Sequence record: DRR378314_1931
Direction: 5' to 3' (one strand)
DNA length: 64,000 nt
Made by a program: the position numbers and the translations under genes. Positions 40,001 to 50,570 of the stretch are shown here, piece by piece. The notes under the pieces were generated by a model that made no database searches, was not told where the DNA came from, and saw only the letters and a list, made by a program, of their open reading frames with translations. Numbering within the stretch: position 1 is the first letter of the stretch; every line of letters starts with the position of its first letter.

Positions 40001-40967
40001 TGTTGAGCTTCCGGAAGCCACCGAGAAGACAGACTGGAATTGGCTCGAGAAAGTACCAGCACTTAACTTTTTCTGTCGCAGTTGTCGTATTGACGAGCAT
40101 GAGTTAGGCGAAGTTGAGTTAGTACTTGCTCCGCTTGAAGACGGCTTCAGTATAGAAAAAATGGCTCTTAAAAAGGGTAGTGATGAGTTGGCTGTAACAG
40201 GTTATTGGCGCTACACAGACGAGCAGGCTTTAAGTGCGCTTTCTGGACGTTTGGAGGCTGGAGACCTTGGTGATTTATTACGTGACTATGGTCTGGAAAC
40301 GGCAGTAAGAGACAGTGCTGCCGTTATTGACTTTAACTTAAACTGGCGTGACCACTTGTATCAACCAGACTGGAGTTCGCTGAGCGGGGAAGTGGTCTGG
40401 GATTTAGAAAAAGGCTATCTGGCCGAAGTGAGTGACGGCGGCGCGCGTATTTTTTCGTTATTGAGCCTGGACAGTATTCTCCGAAAGCTGACTTTAGATT
40501 TTCGTGATATTTTTTCGCAGGGAATGTTTTTTACTGACCTAACCGGCAGTGTTCAGATCGAAAACGGTGTTGCGACCACCGAAGATGCAAGATTACTGGG
40601 ATCCGCAGGAGATATGGATATTCGTGGCTGGACCAATATGAAAACTGGTGAGCTAAATTATAACCTGACCTATGCGCCGAAGGTCACTTCCAGCCTACCG
40701 ATTATTCTTGCCTGGATGGTAAACCCGCCCAGCGGCCTGGCTGCGTTGTTCATCGACAAAGTACTGCACGATGCGAAAGTGATTTCGCGTCTGCGTTATC
40801 AGGTCACCGGTACTATTGATGAACCGGTGGTTGAAGAAATAGAACGTGACAGCCGCCCGGTTGATTTGCCAGAATTGGAAGAGAACTCAACCGATTCAGA
40901 GGCAGACGATGACACAAGTGCAACTGACGGCGCTGCAAATGAGCAGTCGCCCGGATCCGCAAGATAA
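37098..40967 (+). CDS. yhdP: AsmA-like phospholipid transport protein YhdP
   Basis: 1289 aa, N-terminal TM segment, FQPDW, SILRKLTLDFRDIF; rng-yhdP-nit-tldD synteny. Confidence 0.92.
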   Translation: MRTLSWILNKLWLTLAIVLVLVAVGLSLLRYSLPYLPDLTEPLEQQLEARFQQPVSISDLSMAWTREGPSIVLDNLVLLEREQSPVQVRVGKVHVVLDFWKTLLDQQLIAQQFILNDARIAVDIRKFSAANEAEKLDLDYVNRLFLQQLEKFSLNNGELLLTNLRGVTREIDIDRLSWTNEGKKHQGIGQFRMEDFATNSLDFIIDLRGDRWSEFNGQFYVNSQNVDISPWLEEQLGDIDVQASNVNFTGWLDVRNGQLFEGLVKLRDNRITWLDNNSEELNWLQLPEGEIVLRPEENGWLLNSMPMTVNTSVGHLELPRIAWQQLDEIHDISVDNIAIDEVTGLLPLLPFNISAESVMSLGLKGTASVRYRLHPVSGQQWSVKSHNLSADGNERWPGFNGLDVSISSLSNHGLWQVEGDNVSLTGNSLSGKQAWDIDTFNLSGSWLLQADNWRVNLEQLQLRRDDFQLTGSGGLSGDSETTAQIDLLLSTAQGFSVDTARKLLPSIMGQGVKDYLSAALVSGRARGMELLWRGPVTQFPAATNQGVFNARVEFDDLTYRFQPDWLPLADAPVKLDFYNRSLFMSTDAGHIEDVQVTRVDAQIKDLADASQGLQVQASVSGKGESLLPVFEQSPLDSVTETLIQIDPSGEVSGSFQLDIPLNSSRDVDVAVDAPLAGLSFNIDAIQQDFTVSEGILKIDNSKVSTEGLRLNWYGMPIPTKVSGELKGADYLLNVNTTLDWQSEPLFKQLPYPQWKPFFYGAVNGEANLLLTFNADDVGVALESQFDLTGLETSLPAPLQKDFGDNWQLSVQLNGTGEELRLRASIDQRLNWDSRWQPGSGGWQMARLDIGEVNSANELVNGFAINAQLPHADIGRWYSVLYALAGDSNVDTESGSGEGWLPDSIRIETPQLQWGQQKFAQADIQVWPENSVWQARVDAKNAVLSATIPESFVQQGITVRADYLALSSNVELPEATEKTDWNWLEKVPALNFFCRSCRIDEHELGEVELVLAPLEDGFSIEKMALKKGSDELAVTGYWRYTDEQALSALSGRLEAGDLGDLLRDYGLETAVRDSAAVIDFNLNWRDHLYQPDWSSLSGEVVWDLEKGYLAEVSDGGARIFSLLSLDSILRKLTLDFRDIFSQGMFFTDLTGSVQIENGVATTEDARLLGSAGDMDIRGWTNMKTGELNYNLTYAPKVTSSLPIILAWMVNPPSGLAALFIDKVLHDAKVISRLRYQVTGTIDEPVVEEIERDSRPVDLPELEENSTDSEADDDTSATDGAANEQSPGSAR

Positions 40968-41736
40968 TTTAGCCATTGTTGCTAAACTGCTGGAACAACT
41001 TCCTGCCGCACGTCCGCAACTGGTGGTGCTGCCTGAAGCCTTTAGTTGCTTCGGTGCCGGTGACCGTGCGCAGTTAGCGATGGCTGAACCTTACAAGTAT
41101 GGTGAGGTGCAGAAACAGCTGGCTGCCTTAGCGAAAAAGCACGAGGTTTATCTGGTCGGCGGTACACTGCCGGTAGATGCCGGTGAGCGATTCTCCGCGG
41201 CATCTATTCTTTTTGGCCCCGATGGCGCTATTCTCAATCGCTACGACAAAATTCATTTGTTTGATGTTGATGTGGCTGATAATACTAAGGAATACCGCGA
41301 GTCAAAGTGGACTCAGCCGGGCAGTAAGGTGGTAACCACAGAAACGGACTTTGGTGTGGTTGGCATGGCAGTATGTTATGATCTGCGCTTTCCAGAGTTA
41401 TTCAGAGCATTGCGTCAGGCTGGCTCCCAAATCATTGTTTTACCCTCTGCTTTTACTCAGGTTACCGGAAAAGCTCACTGGCATGCGCTGGTTCGCGCCC
41501 GCGCCATTGAGCAACAGGTTTTTATCGTGGCACCGGGTCAGGTGGGGGAGCACGCAAATGGTCGTGAAACGTTTGGCCATTCAATTATTGTCAGCCCCTG
41601 GGGTGAAATACTGGCAGAACAGGAACTGGATGAAGGTGTTGTTTCTGTCAGCGTTGACGTAGCGGATATTGAACCCATACGAAAACAAATGCCGGTGGCG
41701 CAACAAAATCAATTTGAGGTTGTACAAAAGACATGA
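40909..41736 (+). CDS. Carbon-nitrogen hydrolase (Nit1-like deaminated glutathione amidase)
   Basis: [21 protein letters not shown] (E-K-C triad), RARAIE, GHS.IV.PWG. Confidence 0.92.
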   Translation: MTQVQLTALQMSSRPDPQDNLAIVAKLLEQLPAARPQLVVLPEAFSCFGAGDRAQLAMAEPYKYGEVQKQLAALAKKHEVYLVGGTLPVDAGERFSAASILFGPDGAILNRYDKIHLFDVDVADNTKEYRESKWTQPGSKVVTTETDFGVVGMAVCYDLRFPELFRALRQAGSQIIVLPSAFTQVTGKAHWHALVRARAIEQQVFIVAPGQVGEHANGRETFGHSIIVSPWGEILAEQELDEGVVSVSVDVADIEPIRKQMPVAQQNQFEVVQKT

Positions 41737-43154
41737 CACTAACTGACTACGAATTGTCACAAGACGACATAAGCAAGGCCTTATCCACGCTATACAGCGG
41801 TGATATTGACTTTGCCGATATCTATTTACAACACAGTGTCAACGAGTCGTGGGTGCTGGAAGATGGCATTATTAAAGACGGCGCGTTTCATATTGAAACG
41901 GGTATGGGTGTGCGCGCTGTACAGGGCGAGAAAACTGGCTTTGCTTATGCCGATGAGATTACATTAAAAGCGTTACAGCGCACTAGCGAAGCGGCCCGCG
42001 GCATAGCGCGTCAGGGGCAAAGCAAAAAGGTTGAAGCCCTGAAGTCGGTGCAGGCTAAGTCGCGCTATGAAGCGCTGAATCCGCTGGATACTTTGTCTGA
42101 AGACGAAAAAATTGAATTGCTGAAAAAAGTTGATGCGCACGCGCGGGCACAGGACTCACGTGTAAGCCAGGTGGTGGTTAGTTTGAGCGGCAGTTACGAC
42201 GAAGTTTTAGTTGCTGCGACAGACGGCACGTTGGCTACTGATAAGCGACCTCTAATTCGTCTGAACTGTTCTGTTATTACCGAGCAAAACGGTCGCCGCG
42301 AGCGAGGCAGTGCCGGTGGTGGAGCGCGTGTAGGATATGAGTTTTTCCTTGATGAAGCGTCCGGCAATGCCCGCTGGCAGCGTTTTGCGGAAGAAGCCGT
42401 ACGCCAAGGACTCGTGAACTTAGAAGCGAAACCTGCACCTGCAGGCAATATGCCTGTGGTACTGGGCTCTGGTTGGCCGGGGGTGTTGCTGCATGAGGCG
42501 GTTGGACATGGGCTGGAGGGCGACTTTAACCGTAAAGGCTCGTCTGCCTATTCCGGCAAAATTGGCCAACAGGTGGCTTCACCGCTTTGTACTATCGTCG
42601 ATGACGGAACTCTGAATGATCGCCGTGGCTCAATGAGTATTGATGACGAAGGCACACCCAGTGGCTATAACGTATTGATAGAAAATGGCGTATTGCGTGG
42701 TTACATGCAGGACAAAATGAATGCGCGTCTAATGGGTCAGGCAACCACCGGAAACGGTCGCCGTGAAAGTTTCGCTCACTTACCTATGCCGCGAATGACC
42801 AATACGTATATGCTCGCCGGAGAAAGTAGTCCGGAAGACATCATTGGCAGCGTGAAAAAGGGTATTTACGCACCGCAATTTGCCGGTGGTCAGGTCGATA
42901 TTACTTCCGGACAGTTTGTGTTCTCAGCATCTGAAGCTTATTTAATTGAAGACGGTAAAATTACCACACCGATAAAGGGTGCAACACTTATTGGTAACGG
43001 ACCAGAAGCTATGGCTCAGGTGTCTATGGTGGGTAACGACCTGTCGCTGGACGAAGGTGTTGGTGTTTGCGGCAAAGACGGGCAGAGTCTACCCGTAGGT
43101 GTTGGGCAACCGACGCTGAAACTGGATTCAATGACGGTTGGCGGTACCGAATAA
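41733..43154 (+). CDS. tldD: Metalloprotease TldD
   Basis: [30 protein letters not shown]. Confidence 0.97.
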   Translation: MTLTDYELSQDDISKALSTLYSGDIDFADIYLQHSVNESWVLEDGIIKDGAFHIETGMGVRAVQGEKTGFAYADEITLKALQRTSEAARGIARQGQSKKVEALKSVQAKSRYEALNPLDTLSEDEKIELLKKVDAHARAQDSRVSQVVVSLSGSYDEVLVAATDGTLATDKRPLIRLNCSVITEQNGRRERGSAGGGARVGYEFFLDEASGNARWQRFAEEAVRQGLVNLEAKPAPAGNMPVVLGSGWPGVLLHEAVGHGLEGDFNRKGSSAYSGKIGQQVASPLCTIVDDGTLNDRRGSMSIDDEGTPSGYNVLIENGVLRGYMQDKMNARLMGQATTGNGRRESFAHLPMPRMTNTYMLAGESSPEDIIGSVKKGIYAPQFAGGQVDITSGQFVFSASEAYLIEDGKITTPIKGATLIGNGPEAMAQVSMVGNDLSLDEGVGVCGKDGQSLPVGVGQPTLKLDSMTVGGTE

Positions 43155-43169
43155 GTGAGTTGCCCGGTA

Positions 43170-43685
43170 TTAACCGAGCAGTTCACGTAAATAAACAAAC
43201 AGCTGACGGGCAGCGACAGGCGGTTTTTGTTCAGCCCGCTGTTTTTCGGCAAAACGAATAAGCTGACGCAATTTTTGGCGGTCAGCATGAGGGTGCTCTT
43301 CAATGAATTCTTGTAGAGCATCGTCGCCTTCATGCAGCAGTTTATCGCGAGTTGTTTCAATCTCGTGAAAAATGGATGTTTGCTGCTGATGCGCATTTTT
43401 TAAGTTATTTAAGGCTTGCTCAATAGGCGCGATATCACGTAAGCGCATGAGCTTGCCAATAAATTGAAGCTGGCGTCGGTAGCCTTCGTGCTTGTTACGA
43501 ATTTTACGGGCAAGTAAAACGGCATCGCGCAGCTCATCATCCAGTGGCATTTTTGCTAACTGGCTGTCAGTTAAATTGACAAGTTGAGTCCCTAGCTCCT
43601 GGCGTTCAGCCATTTCGCGTTTTTTTTGGGACTTGCTGACGAAGTCGTCAGATTGTTCAGGATTTTCGGCTGGGCGTTTCGGCAT
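43170..43685 (-). CDS. yjgA: Ribosome biogenesis factor YjgA (DarP)
   Basis: SKSQKKRE, RRQLQFIGKLMR, DRQKLRQLIR. Confidence 0.95.
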   Translation of the reverse strand: MPKRPAENPEQSDDFVSKSQKKREMAERQELGTQLVNLTDSQLAKMPLDDELRDAVLLARKIRNKHEGYRRQLQFIGKLMRLRDIAPIEQALNNLKNAHQQQTSIFHEIETTRDKLLHEGDDALQEFIEEHPHADRQKLRQLIRFAEKQRAEQKPPVAARQLFVYLRELLG

Positions 43686-43739
43686 AAGTTCGATTCATTA
43701 GCGCTACAAAGCCGTCAGTTTAGCAGTGAGGAGAGTTTT

Positions 43740-45086
43740 TTGATAGTACAACTGAGTGACTTACAGGTTCAAATGAAGCAGGTAGAGAGTGCTGTTAAAG
43801 AAGCACTGCGACTGGCTGAAGCAAAAGGCGTCAGTTCTGCTGAATGCTCAATCAGTCACAGCTCCGGTATTTCGGTCGGGACCCGCCTGGGCGAAGTCGA
43901 AACCGTCGAGTTTAATCAGGATGGGGCGCTGGGCATTAGCGTTTATAGAGGCAACCAGAAAGGTTCGGCATCGACTACAGACCTGTCGGAACAGGCCATT
44001 AGCGCTGCCGTCGACAAGGCTTGTGATATTGCCCGTTTTACCTCTCCGGATCCATACAATGGTTTGGCTCCGGCCGAATTAATGGCGACCGATGTACCGG
44101 ATTTAGACTTGTGTCATCCGGGTGACCAGAGCGCAGAGTATGCCATAAAGCAGGCACTGGCTTGTGAGAAACACGCGCTGAACCTGGATGAGCGCATTGT
44201 TAACTCAGACGGCGCGCATTACGGCAGCCACACGGGTTTTCGTGTTTATGGGAATAGTCACGGTTTTATTGGCGGTTACTTACAGTCGCGACATAACCTT
44301 AGTTGCGTTCTGATAGCCAAAGAGGGCGACAAAATGCAGCGCGACATGAGTTATTCTGTTGCCCGCAAAATGCACGAATTAAAATCTGCCGAGAGTGTTG
44401 CCGAAGAGGCCGCCGCAGAAACCTTGTCGCGCCTGGGTGCACGCAAAGTACCAACAGCTAAAGTACCGGTTATTTTCCGGGCTGATGTGGCAGGGAGTTT
44501 GTTTGGTCATATGGTCAGTGCTATAAGCGGTGGCAATTTGTACCGCAAATCCAGTTTTCTGCTCGACCATTTAGGCAAGCCGGTGCTGCCAGAATGGCTG
44601 AGCATTCAGGAAAAACCACATATTATCGGTGGCCTGGCGAGCTCGCCGTTCGATGCAGAAGGTTTGGCGACAAAGGATAGGGAAATTATTACCGACGGGG
44701 TGCTGCAAACCTATCTGTTAACCAGCTATGCTGCACGCAAACTGGATATGCAGCCTACGGGTCACGCAGGTGGTATCCACAACTGGCGAGTGACACAGCA
44801 GGACAACTCGTTAGCGCAGTTATGCAAAAAAATGGGTACGGGCTTGCTGGTAACCGAATTGATGGGGCAGGGCGTAAATATGGTCAACGGTGATTACTCA
44901 CGTGGCGCTGCCGGCTTCTGGGTTGAGAACGGTGAAATTCAGTATCCGGTAGAAGAAGTGACCATTGCCGGTAACTTAAAAGACATGCTGGCGAACATTG
45001 TTGCCATAGGGAATGACACCGACGAACGCCATGCGCTGCATACCGGCTCAGTGTTATTAGAGCAAATGAGTATTGCCGGCAATTAA
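43740..45086 (+). CDS. pmbA: Metalloprotease PmbA (TldE)
   Basis: GEVETVEF, KGSAST, LYRKSSFL, FDAEG, GDYSRGAAGFW; TTG start inferred from the GAGGAG RBS at 43728-43733. Confidence 0.95.
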   Translation: MIVQLSDLQVQMKQVESAVKEALRLAEAKGVSSAECSISHSSGISVGTRLGEVETVEFNQDGALGISVYRGNQKGSASTTDLSEQAISAAVDKACDIARFTSPDPYNGLAPAELMATDVPDLDLCHPGDQSAEYAIKQALACEKHALNLDERIVNSDGAHYGSHTGFRVYGNSHGFIGGYLQSRHNLSCVLIAKEGDKMQRDMSYSVARKMHELKSAESVAEEAAAETLSRLGARKVPTAKVPVIFRADVAGSLFGHMVSAISGGNLYRKSSFLLDHLGKPVLPEWLSIQEKPHIIGGLASSPFDAEGLATKDREIITDGVLQTYLLTSYAARKLDMQPTGHAGGIHNWRVTQQDNSLAQLCKKMGTGLLVTELMGQGVNMVNGDYSRGAAGFWVENGEIQYPVEEVTIAGNLKDMLANIVAIGNDTDERHALHTGSVLLEQMSIAGN

Positions 45087-45098
45087 AAAGCCAGGTCT

Positions 45099-46460
45099 CT
45101 AAGACAGTAACAAGGTTGCTGAGCCAAGGAAGGCAAAGATACCGACCACGTCAGTGACAGTCGTCAGAATGACCCCGCCAGCCAGCGCGGGGTCAATATT
45201 AAAGCGCTTAAGAACCAGCGGAATGGTCGCACCGGCTAAAGCGGCTGCGACTAGGTTCATCATCATGGCAAAGGCAATAATACCGCCAACCAGCCAGTCT
45301 TGCTTCCACAGTGCGACGACTGCCGCAATCAGTACCGACCAGATAATGCCGTTTAAGAAACCAATAGCCAGCTCTTTACCGATAAGCCATCGGGAGTTAC
45401 TGGTGCCTATGTGTCCCAGAGCCATACCTCGTATGACCAGAGTTAATGTCTGGCTACCGGCTATGCCGCCCATACTGGGTACAATGGTGTTTAAAATAGC
45501 CAGTACAGCCATTTGTGCCAGTATGTCTTCAAATAATGAGCTGACCATGGCGGCCAGTAAGGCAGTAACCAGGTTTACCGCCAACCATACGGTACGGCGG
45601 CGGGTACTTTTTAATACCGGAGCGAAGGTATCTTCGTCATCTTCCAGACCCGCCATACTCAACATGGAGTGTTGGGCTTCTTCGCGGATAATATCGACCA
45701 CGTCATCGATGGTAATACGACCTACCAGCTGCTGCTCATTGTCGACGACCGGCGCAGATACCCAGTCATGACGCTCGAACAGTTTTGCGACTTCCGTTTC
45801 ATCCATAGTCACGGGGATGGTGGTAATGTCGGCCGACATAATTTCGTCAATGCGACGGCTGGGATCAATAGTTAACAACTGGGTTAAAGTAATTTCGCCA
45901 ATGAGTTTTTCATGGCGATCCACGACGTAGAGTTTATCGGTGGCTTCGGGCAGCTCACCTTTAAGGCGTAAATAACGCAACACAACATCAATAGTGACGT
46001 CCGAGCGCAAGGTGATGGTATCGGTGTTCATGATACCACCGGCGCTGTCTTCGGCATATGAGAGCGCGGTTTCCGCACGTTCCCGGTCGCTTTCGTCCAT
46101 GGACTTCAGAACTTGCTGATAGACTGGCTCAGGTAAGCCCCGCAGAACGTAGGCAAGGTCATCGGTGTCCATGCCTTCGGTGGCCGCCGCAAGATTCTCC
46201 GGCGCCATTTGACGAATAATGTCTTTCTGAACCTCTTCGTTCAGTTCTTCAAGAATCTCGCCGTGTTCATCTACGTCAACCAGTTTCCAGACAATGGAAC
46301 GGCTTTTGGGGGGTGAGGATTCCAACAGCAATGCCACGTCGCATGCCGGCATATTATGCAGCATACGGCGTGCAGCAACGAACATGCCATCGGACAGCGC
46401 GGAGTTAACCTCCTGAATGCGCTGCATGGCATATTCTTTGTCGGAAAGCTCTGCAATCAT
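45099..46460 (-). CDS. mgtE: Magnesium transporter MgtE
   Basis: CBS pair, GRITIDD, SMGGIAGSQ, IDPALAG, TTVTDVVG. Confidence 0.97.
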   Translation of the reverse strand: MIAELSDKEYAMQRIQEVNSALSDGMFVAARRMLHNMPACDVALLLESSPPKSRSIVWKLVDVDEHGEILEELNEEVQKDIIRQMAPENLAAATEGMDTDDLAYVLRGLPEPVYQQVLKSMDESDRERAETALSYAEDSAGGIMNTDTITLRSDVTIDVVLRYLRLKGELPEATDKLYVVDRHEKLIGEITLTQLLTIDPSRRIDEIMSADITTIPVTMDETEVAKLFERHDWVSAPVVDNEQQLVGRITIDDVVDIIREEAQHSMLSMAGLEDDEDTFAPVLKSTRRRTVWLAVNLVTALLAAMVSSLFEDILAQMAVLAILNTIVPSMGGIAGSQTLTLVIRGMALGHIGTSNSRWLIGKELAIGFLNGIIWSVLIAAVVALWKQDWLVGGIIAFAMMMNLVAAALAGATIPLVLKRFNIDPALAGGVILTTVTDVVGIFAFLGSATLLLS

Positions 46461-46462
46461 GC

Positions 46463-46738
46463 TTACTCGTCTTCCTCGAAGCGATCTTCAAACAAAGCAC
46501 TAACGGCATCCAGTGCTGCTTGTGCGTCTTTTCCTTCGGCACAGACTTCAACAGTTTTACCCTGTTGACTGGCCAGTAGCATCAGGCACATAACGCTGGC
46601 AGCGTTAACGCATTGCTCACCCTGAGTAACCGTAATGTCTGACTCAAATTCCTGCGTTAATTGCGCTAACTTTGTTGCCGCACGTGCGTGCAAGCCTAGT
46701 TTATTGCGAATAATTAGCTTTCTGCAAACTTTATCCAT
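46463..46738 (-). CDS. npr: Phosphocarrier NPr (PTS-Ntr)
   Basis: NKLGLHARAA, ASVM..M.L; member of the rpoN operon. Confidence 0.93.
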   Translation of the reverse strand: MDKVCRKLIIRNKLGLHARAATKLAQLTQEFESDITVTQGEQCVNAASVMCLMLLASQQGKTVEVCAEGKDAQAALDAVSALFEDRFEEDE

Positions 46739-47582
46739 GGGTTTTCAGTTCCCGGTGTCTTACCTGAACTTTTACAGCTTTCTGTTCAAAACGCTCGGCT
46801 AACTGCTGAGAAATATAAACCGAGCGGTGCTGACCACCGGTACAACCGGTAGCTATGGTCAGGTAGCTTCGATTGCTGCGCTGGAAGTGTGGCAACCAGG
46901 TATCAAGAAAGTTTTCTAGCTGATAAATAAATTTAGTCACCAAAGGTTCCTGACGAAAGAAAATCTGCACGTCGGTATCCAGACCGGTAAGCAGCTTAAG
47001 CTCGGGTTGCCAGTGCGGATTAGGTAAAATGCGCGCATCAAAGACAAAGTCAGCGTCTTTGGGTAAACCATATTTAAAGCCAAAAGACTGAAACACAATA
47101 ATCAGCTTTTTATCCGCTCGTCCCAGCACCCGCTCAGTGACCTGTTCGCTTAATTGGTGCAGCGATAAATCACTGCTGTCCAGGCGCCAGGTTGCGCGTT
47201 CCATAATGGGTTCAAGCATTTTATGTTCGGCCTGAAGCGCTTCTAGCAGAGGCAGTTCTTTTTGCGATAACGGATGCAGGCGACGAGTCTCGCCAAAACG
47301 CTTTAGTAAGGTGTTGTCGTCAGAGTCAATAAACAGAATTTCCGGTTCAACGCCTTTTGGCAAAAAGCTCAGAGAGTCCAATAGTTCTTCGGAGTGCTCC
47401 GGTAAGTTGCGAACATCAATGCTAATGGCTATTTTTTGATACTGCTCTATGACTGCATGCACCAGAGTTGGCAGCAGGCTTATGGGTAAATTATCAACAC
47501 AATAAAAGCCTAAGTCCTCCAGTACGCGCAAGGCAATTGTCTTACCTGAGCCGGAGCGACCACTAACAATGATCAGTTGCAT
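46731..47582 (-). CDS. rapZ: RNase adapter RapZ
   Basis: SGRSGSGKT, VDNLP, SFGFKYG, GCTGGQHRSV. Confidence 0.97.
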   Translation of the reverse strand: MQLIIVSGRSGSGKTIALRVLEDLGFYCVDNLPISLLPTLVHAVIEQYQKIAISIDVRNLPEHSEELLDSLSFLPKGVEPEILFIDSDDNTLLKRFGETRRLHPLSQKELPLLEALQAEHKMLEPIMERATWRLDSSDLSLHQLSEQVTERVLGRADKKLIIVFQSFGFKYGLPKDADFVFDARILPNPHWQPELKLLTGLDTDVQIFFRQEPLVTKFIYQLENFLDTWLPHFQRSNRSYLTIATGCTGGQHRSVYISQQLAERFEQKAVKVQVRHRELKTHG

Positions 47583-48043
47583 GGCGACTGTTCACCTTCG
47601 CCCACAAATAATTGATATAACGCTTTATCAGAATCTGCGTGGCGCAGTGCGCGAGTACAGTCTTTGTCGTTCATTCTTCTGGCCACTGTTGCCAATGTTT
47701 GTAGATGGTTCTCGTGCTCTGATTCCGGAACCAGAAGCGCGAAGATAATATCGACAGGCTGGTTGTCAATAGAATCGAATTCGATAGGTTCGTCTAAGGT
47801 CAGTAATACCGCTACCGGGTGATTCGCATTAGGTAAACGGCCATGAGGAATTGCGATACCTAAGCCAATTCCCGTACTGCCTAAACGCTCACGGTTTAAC
47901 AGGCTCTCAAAAATGTCATGACGGGTAATGCCAGACAGCTTAGGGGCTACGATTTGACTAATGGTTTCAAGTAGTCGTTTTTTACTTGCGCCCTCGACTG
48001 CACACTTGGTGCAGTCGGGGCTTAACAATTCACTCAGTTGCAT
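47573..48043 (-). CDS. ptsN: PTS IIA-Ntr
   Basis: SKKR, RERLGSTGIG.GIAIPHGR. Confidence 0.96.
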   Translation of the reverse strand: MQLSELLSPDCTKCAVEGASKKRLLETISQIVAPKLSGITRHDIFESLLNRERLGSTGIGLGIAIPHGRLPNANHPVAVLLTLDEPIEFDSIDNQPVDIIFALLVPESEHENHLQTLATVARRMNDKDCTRALRHADSDKALYQLFVGEGEQSPCN

Positions 48044-48046
48044 GGA

Positions 48047-48334
48047 TTAATGTTGTTTCATTTTCTCTTTGTGTTTAATCACCTGACGGTCCAGTTTATT
48101 AATTAAACCGTCGATGGCCGCGTACATATCTTCGTGTTTTGCGTCGGCGAAAAGCTCACCGCCATTCACGTGCAGCGTAGCTTCCGCTTTTTGAATCGTT
48201 TTTTCAACATTTAGGATGACGTGAACATTAGTTATATGGTCAAAATGTCTTTCCAGCTTGGCAAATTTTGTGTCCACGTAGTCACGCAGAGCTTCGGTAA
48301 TATCGATGTGATGACCGGTCAAATTAATTTGCAT
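48047..48334 (-). CDS. hpf: Ribosome hibernation promoting factor
   Basis: MQINLTGHH, DMYAAID.L..KL.RQ; 95 aa. Confidence 0.97.
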   Translation of the reverse strand: MQINLTGHHIDITEALRDYVDTKFAKLERHFDHITNVHVILNVEKTIQKAEATLHVNGGELFADAKHEDMYAAIDGLINKLDRQVIKHKEKMKQH

Positions 48335-48361
48335 AACGTCTTCCTTCTGCAGTTAACAAAG

Positions 48362-49822
48362 TTACAAAAGACTTTTGCGTTGGCTCGATGATGGAATGTT
48401 TAACGATTCCCGATACTTCGCAATTGTCCTTCTTGCTACTTGGATACCTTGTTCGGCTATCAGTTCAGCAATCTTACTGTCACTTAACGGTTTACTGCGA
48501 TTTTCAGCAGCGACCATCTTCTTAATTAAAGCACGTATTGCCGTGCTTGAACACTCGCCACCGCCCTCTGTACTGACATGACTTGAGAAAAAATATTTCA
48601 ACTCAAATACGCCACTTGGGCAGTGTAAGTATTTTTGTGTGGTTACGCGTGAAATCGTACTTTCATGCATATCCACGGCTTCTGCAACATCGTTCAGAAC
48701 CATTGGCTTCATCGCTTCTTCACCATGCTCAAAAAAGCCCTGTTGGCGTTGTACTATGCAATTGGCCACTTTCAGCAGCGTATCGTTTCTGCTCTCCAGG
48801 CTTTTTATGAACCAGCGCGCTTCTTGCGTATGGTTTTTTATGTACTGGCTGTCGGCTACTGACTTTGTTGCTTTACTCAAGGCCGCGTATTCTTCGTTCA
48901 CTTTTAGTTTAGGTACGCTATCCGGGTTTAATTCGACCATCCAACGACCATTTTTTTTAGTAACGGCCACATCGGGAATAACATATTCAACGGGTTGCTG
49001 CGCAACTTGCTCCCCCGGGTGCGGGTGCAACTGTTGAATTAATCGCATAGTTTGGCGTAAATCGTCTTCCGATAGCTTCAGTTTACGCTGAATGGTGCGA
49101 AAATCGCGACTGCCAAGTAAGTCCATATGTTCAGTCACTAAGCATAGAGCAACCTGCTTGTATTCAGTGTCGTCGCTTAGTTGACGTAATTGAATGGCAA
49201 GGCATTCACTGACGCTGCGTGCGCCGACACCAATTGGGTCGAAATGCTGAATACGCTTAAGCACCATGCAGACTTCTTCTACTTCCACTTCGGGTAGGCG
49301 CACAGCTTCGATAATTTCATTAACATCAACCATTAGATAGCCATTGTCGTCTATGGCTTCAATAATGGCTTCAGCTATGGCGGTGTCTTCTTCCGAAAAA
49401 TGAGAAAGTTGCATTTGCCAAAGCAGGTGATCCTGCAAAGACTCGCTGGTAGAGCCTTGATAGACCTCAAAATCGCCGTCAAAGGATTTACCTGAAGAGG
49501 CTGCACCGTTGGCCGGGGTATGACTGGAGTAGGTGTCGTCCCAACTGCTGTCGACCGGCAGTTCGTCAGGCATTTCCTGGGTTTTTATAACGTCGGATGT
49601 TTCCCGTTGGCTGTCGTCTCTTTCTTCAATATTGCGAGTTTCGGGTTGGTCCGCGTCGTTACTCGTTTCACCTTCAACCTCCAGCAGCGGGTTGCTGTCT
49701 AATGCATCCTGAATTTCTGACTGAAGATCGAGCGAGGAAAGCTGCAGCAGGCGGATAGCCTGTTGGAGTTGTGGCGTCATGGTCAGGTGCTGACCAATTT
49801 TTAGCTGCAGACTTTGCTTCAT
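48362..49822 (-). CDS. rpoN: RNA polymerase sigma-54
   Basis: MTPQLQQAIRLLQL, HESTISRVT, RpoN box ARRTIAKYRE. Confidence 0.99.
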   Translation of the reverse strand: MKQSLQLKIGQHLTMTPQLQQAIRLLQLSSLDLQSEIQDALDSNPLLEVEGETSNDADQPETRNIEERDDSQRETSDVIKTQEMPDELPVDSSWDDTYSSHTPANGAASSGKSFDGDFEVYQGSTSESLQDHLLWQMQLSHFSEEDTAIAEAIIEAIDDNGYLMVDVNEIIEAVRLPEVEVEEVCMVLKRIQHFDPIGVGARSVSECLAIQLRQLSDDTEYKQVALCLVTEHMDLLGSRDFRTIQRKLKLSEDDLRQTMRLIQQLHPHPGEQVAQQPVEYVIPDVAVTKKNGRWMVELNPDSVPKLKVNEEYAALSKATKSVADSQYIKNHTQEARWFIKSLESRNDTLLKVANCIVQRQQGFFEHGEEAMKPMVLNDVAEAVDMHESTISRVTTQKYLHCPSGVFELKYFFSSHVSTEGGGECSSTAIRALIKKMVAAENRSKPLSDSKIAELIAEQGIQVARRTIAKYRESLNIPSSSQRKSLL

Positions 49823-49843
49823 AATGACTGTCCCGGTATCACG

Positions 49844-50569
49844 TTATAGGGTGAACTGCTCACCGAGGTAAACGTCTCTAACCTGTTGATTCGATAATAT
49901 ACTTTCTGCATCCCCACTGGCAATAAGCTCACCATGACTGACAATATAAGCGTGTTCACAAACAGACAATGTCTCGCGAACGTTGTGATCAGTAATAAGT
50001 ACACCAATACCACGTTGCTTTAAATGTTCAACAATCTTTTTAATATCAATAACCGAAATAGGGTCAACTCCGGCAAAAGGCTCGTCCAGCAAAATAAACG
50101 TAGGCTCCGCTGCCAAGGCGCGGGCAATTTCAACCCGACGGCGCTCACCGCCTGAAAGACTCATGCCCTGACTGTTTGCTATGTGGCCTATATGAAACTC
50201 TTCGAGCAAAGCATCAAGCTGTTCTTCACGCTCGTTGGTTGAAAGTTCTTTACGAGTTTCCAGAATAGCCATCAGATTATCGCGCACGGTCAATTTGCGA
50301 AAAATGGACGCCTCTTGTGGCAAATACCCAATACCCCGGCGTGCCCGTTCATGCATTGGCAGTAAGGTAAGGTCATTGTCATCCAGCAGGATTTGACCTT
50401 TATCGCTATTAACCAAACCGACTATCATATAGAAGGTTGTGGTTTTACCTGCACCGTTGGGGCCCAGTAAACCAATAACCTGCCCCTGACTTACTTCCAG
50501 GCTAACGTCTTTAACGACTTGTCGGCTTTTGTAGCTTTTGGCTAAATGTTTGACTCGTAAAGTTGCCAT
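49844..50569 (-). CDS. lptB: LPS export ABC ATPase
   Basis: [37 protein letters not shown]; start set to MATLRV. Confidence 0.98.
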   Translation of the reverse strand: MATLRVKHLAKSYKSRQVVKDVSLEVSQGQVIGLLGPNGAGKTTTFYMIVGLVNSDKGQILLDDNDLTLLPMHERARRGIGYLPQEASIFRKLTVRDNLMAILETRKELSTNEREEQLDALLEEFHIGHIANSQGMSLSGGERRRVEIARALAAEPTFILLDEPFAGVDPISVIDIKKIVEHLKQRGIGVLITDHNVRETLSVCEHAYIVSHGELIASGDAESILSNQQVRDVYLGEQFTL

Positions 50570-50570
50570 A

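Noticed and set aside
43626..43739. N-terminal extensions in the ORF track (pmbA; likewise lptB, kdsD, maf, mshN, zapG, add, nit)
   Set aside because: They overlap neighbouring genes or regulatory DNA; downstream starts fit RBS position and family length better
41733..45086. tldD/pmbA as a RiPP maturation cluster
   Set aside because: Standard housekeeping tldD-yjgA-pmbA arrangement; no precursor peptide or YcaO gene nearby
45154..45771. Long antisense ORFs (205 aa here; also 26547-27101, 52227-52757, 60319-60762 and many shorter ones)
   Set aside because: Shadow frames of conserved genes, with no recognisable motifs or evident RBS
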